64,000 nt of DNA from the NCBI GenBank assembly GCA_964106645.2, contig OZ067039.1, one strand, 5' to 3'. The position numbers were made by a program, and so were the translations under genes. Source of the stretch: Podarcis pityusensis. Its lineage: Eukaryota. Shown here one piece after another: positions 63,557-64,000 of the stretch; position 1 is the first letter of the stretch, and each line of letters starts with the position of its first letter. The notes beneath the pieces are model-generated. The model was not told the origin of the DNA. It was given only the letters and a program-made list of their open reading frames with translations, and made no database searches.

Positions 63557-64000
63557 AAAATATGCTAAGTATTTGGTTCATTTATTGTTTGTATGGTTAT
63601 GTATTAGTTTGTTCACATGTTTATTATAATAAATATTTGTGCCTGTTTTCTCATGTGCTTGATCCTGCAGGCCCTTCTTATGGGCAGCCTATTTGCTGGT
63701 ATCTTCTGAAATACCAGCATACTACTGCCTATAGATACATAAAAGTGACTTCTCTTTTTTATTTGCATCAATCAATCACCTGTGCTTTGTGTACAAAATT
63801 TTCCATTTGTATATTATTAAACTGGTTAAAGAGATCTAATCCTGGTTGTCCTTTCCTTGCATGAGAGGTATTCCACAGCTCTGATCATTTTTCTTGGTTT
63901 TGTCTTGCCTGGGCCTCCTTAAAATGAACAAAAGGGTTCTAGAATCAAGTAATCTATCCAAGCAGGATTATAAGATTCCTCTCAGAAAATTTTCATTGAA

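Overview
A 64-kb window of eukaryotic, repeat-rich DNA. The Sauria SINEs, BovB and the CR1/L2/L1 fragments point to a squamate, probably a lacertid lizard (inference from the repeat families). I can support no intact protein-coding gene, RNA gene or CRISPR array, so the window reads as a large intron or intergenic region. The ORFs with recognisable products are all LINE ORF2 remnants: two young L1-clade 3' ends with 19-bp target-site duplications (TSDs), BovB, another RTE, L2 and CR1. Many insertions can be bounded exactly by TSDs. These include four full-length Sauria SINEs, TA-flanked Tc1/mariner-pogo MITEs, hAT MITEs with 8-bp TSDs, and solo LTRs, two of which are inverted copies of one ~388-bp LTR with 5-bp TSDs. 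The most unusual signal is a degenerate dispersed element at ~5.3, 12.1, 17.9, 28.3 and 50.7 kb. It carries a fixed-spacing bipartite motif (CAAnCAAATCAG-N6-TGCTCAATAAA), mostly in tandem pairs, and in four copies the motif is followed by a shared ...TCTGGA end. It is most simply an old MITE family with subterminal protein-binding repeats, possibly exapted by the host. Also notable are a composite hAT MITE carrying an L2 tail, an L1 and a SINE sharing one target site, and two weak exon candidates. There is a 130-N assembly gap. All family names come from manual pattern recognition, not database searches.
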